From NCBI GenBank assembly GCA_038087875.1, contig CM075989.1:19842001-19906000 (forward strand): DNA of 64,000 bases, given 5' to 3'. Shown here piece after piece: positions 62,296 through 64,000 of this stretch (its first letter is position 1; each line of letters begins with the position of its first letter). A program made the translations under genes and the position numbers. Below the pieces are notes generated by a model. That model did not search any database. It saw only the letters and a list, made by a program, of their open reading frames with translations, and was not told where the DNA came from. The DNA comes from Malacoraja senta. Lineage: Eukaryota.

Positions 62296-62590
62296 TGGCA
62301 CAGTGGCGCAACTGTCAGAGCTACTGCCTCACAGCGCCAGGGACCCGGGTTCAATCCTAACTGTGAGTGCTGTCTGTGTGGAGTTTGTACATTCTCCCTG
62401 TGACCGCATGGGTTTTCTCCGGGTGCTCCAGTTCCCTCACACATTCTAAAGACGTGCATGTTTGGCCTCCGTATATTGCCTTTGGTGGCTGGGATGGGGT
62501 AGCGTAGAACTGGAACACAGGTGATCGCTGGTCTGCGTGGTTTCAGTGGGCCGAATGGCCTGTTTCCATGCTGTATCTCGAAACTCAAAA
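62296..62590 (+). mobile_element. V-SINE
   Basis: A and B boxes, V-domain and tail. Confidence 0.8.
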
Positions 62591-63559
62591 CTCGTCCAAG
62601 ATGCCTCACCTAAGCTCGTCCCATTTGCCTGTGCTTGGCCTGTATTCAATAGACAATGGACAATAGACAATAGGTGCAGGAGTAGGCCATTCGGCTCTTC
62701 GAGCCAGCACCGCCATTCAATGTGATCATGGCTGATCATCCCCAATCTGTACCCTGTTCCTGCCTTCTCCCCATATCCCCTGACTCCGCTATTTTTAAGA
62801 GCCCTATCTAGCTCTCTCTTGAAAGCATCTTCACAGACTGAGGTAGAGTATTCCATTAAACCTGTCCACAATTTGCCAACCAATAATTAGAACTAAAAAT
62901 CCACTGTCCTCTTAATATTACAAGTGTCGCCTTTATTCTCTGATCGACGTTAATTGCTGCCTGTCATAATATATATTGACATTCACATCTTTCAAAGGTG
63001 TCTCGCAATAATCCCTGTGTAATTTTCAAAGTGATTCTGAGCAAATTTGCTCTAATAAATTCCATTTGCTGTGCGGTCAAGTCAATTGGAATGAAAAGGT
63101 TGTGCATAAGTAAACACCGACTCGCTAACTACCCTCCCCCCCCCCCCCTCCCTGTGTAGGACTGTAATAACTTCCTGGAGATTTTAATACATTTGCAATA
63201 AATGATTAATCCAATACCAGGAAGCTGTGCTCATAATGAAATAAGTTAACTCGAGGAAAGATCCCCCGACTGGTTTGATGAATGAAGGAGCGATTTAATT
63301 AGAAATGGATTTTGAAGTATGTTGACATGCATTTTGATGAAATGTCCTGTTATGCATGCGTTCTGCACTCTCATCAGCAATAGAATCTATAGCGCTGATG
63401 TATTTGCCTTCTGATTGAGCAGCCTTAAGTTACTGTTCTCATGTTAAAAATTGTCCATCGCTTTGTGATGAGTATACGTACCATTCTGTTTCTAGTCACT
63501 GACTGGAAAGAAAGTCCTAAGTGGACAGGTGGCATTATTTGGAGCTGCGGTCGACCAGT

Positions 63560-63860
63560 TGGCACTGCAGTAGAGTTGCTGCCTTACAGCACCAGAGACC
63601 TGGGTTCGATGCTGACTACGGGTGCTATCTGTACGGAGTTTGTACGTTCTCTCTGTTACCACGTGGGTTTTCGCTAGGAGCTCCGGTTTCCTCCCACACT
63701 TCAAAGATGTACAGGTTTGTCGGCTAATTGGCTTGGTAAAATTGTAAATCGTCCCTAGTGTGTGTAGGATAGGGTTAGTGTACGGGGATCGCTGGTCAAT
63801 GCGGACTTGGTGGGCTTGAGGGCTTGTTTCTGCGCTGTATCTCTAAACTAAACTAAACTG
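63560..63860 (+). mobile_element. V-SINE
   Basis: B box, V-domain and (taaac)n tail. Confidence 0.85.
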
Positions 63861-64000
63861 AGCTAAAGTTAGTACACATTGTACAGAATTCTCTTGGGCC
63901 ATTTTTAGACCATTTATTTTTTCCACCCAGTTTATTTTTTGTTAGCACCAGCGCTCCCCTGCACATGACCCATTGCAAATGTTGGAGTTTAGACAGGATT

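Overview
Eukaryotic, intron- or intergenic-type DNA, most likely from a cartilaginous fish (shark, skate or ray). This is inferred from about 25 tRNA-derived V-SINE (HE1-like) copies whose 3' tail matches the resident CR1 LINE. No intact host gene, prokaryotic operon or CRISPR array is visible, and most ORF-track entries are repeat read-throughs. The window is dominated by retroelement relics (CR1, Rex1/Babar, L2, Penelope), non-autonomous DNA transposons (Harbinger-like MITEs with TWA target duplications; hAT-like elements with 6- and 8-bp duplications), microsatellites, a 1.2-kb purine tract and a 200-N gap. The most striking system is a family of ~130-nt Penelope-terminal modules. They carry a minimal hammerhead-ribozyme-like core, insert with 13-14-bp target duplications, and repeatedly appear as fold-back hairpins centred at a CAGTCTG micro-palindrome at the start of the ribozyme core. 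Also seen: a well-formed 25-nt micro-exon candidate (53105-53129) in a repeat-free island, and several old local duplications that preserve empty insertion sites. Family assignments come from recalled motifs, not database searches, and coordinates of degraded repeats are approximate.
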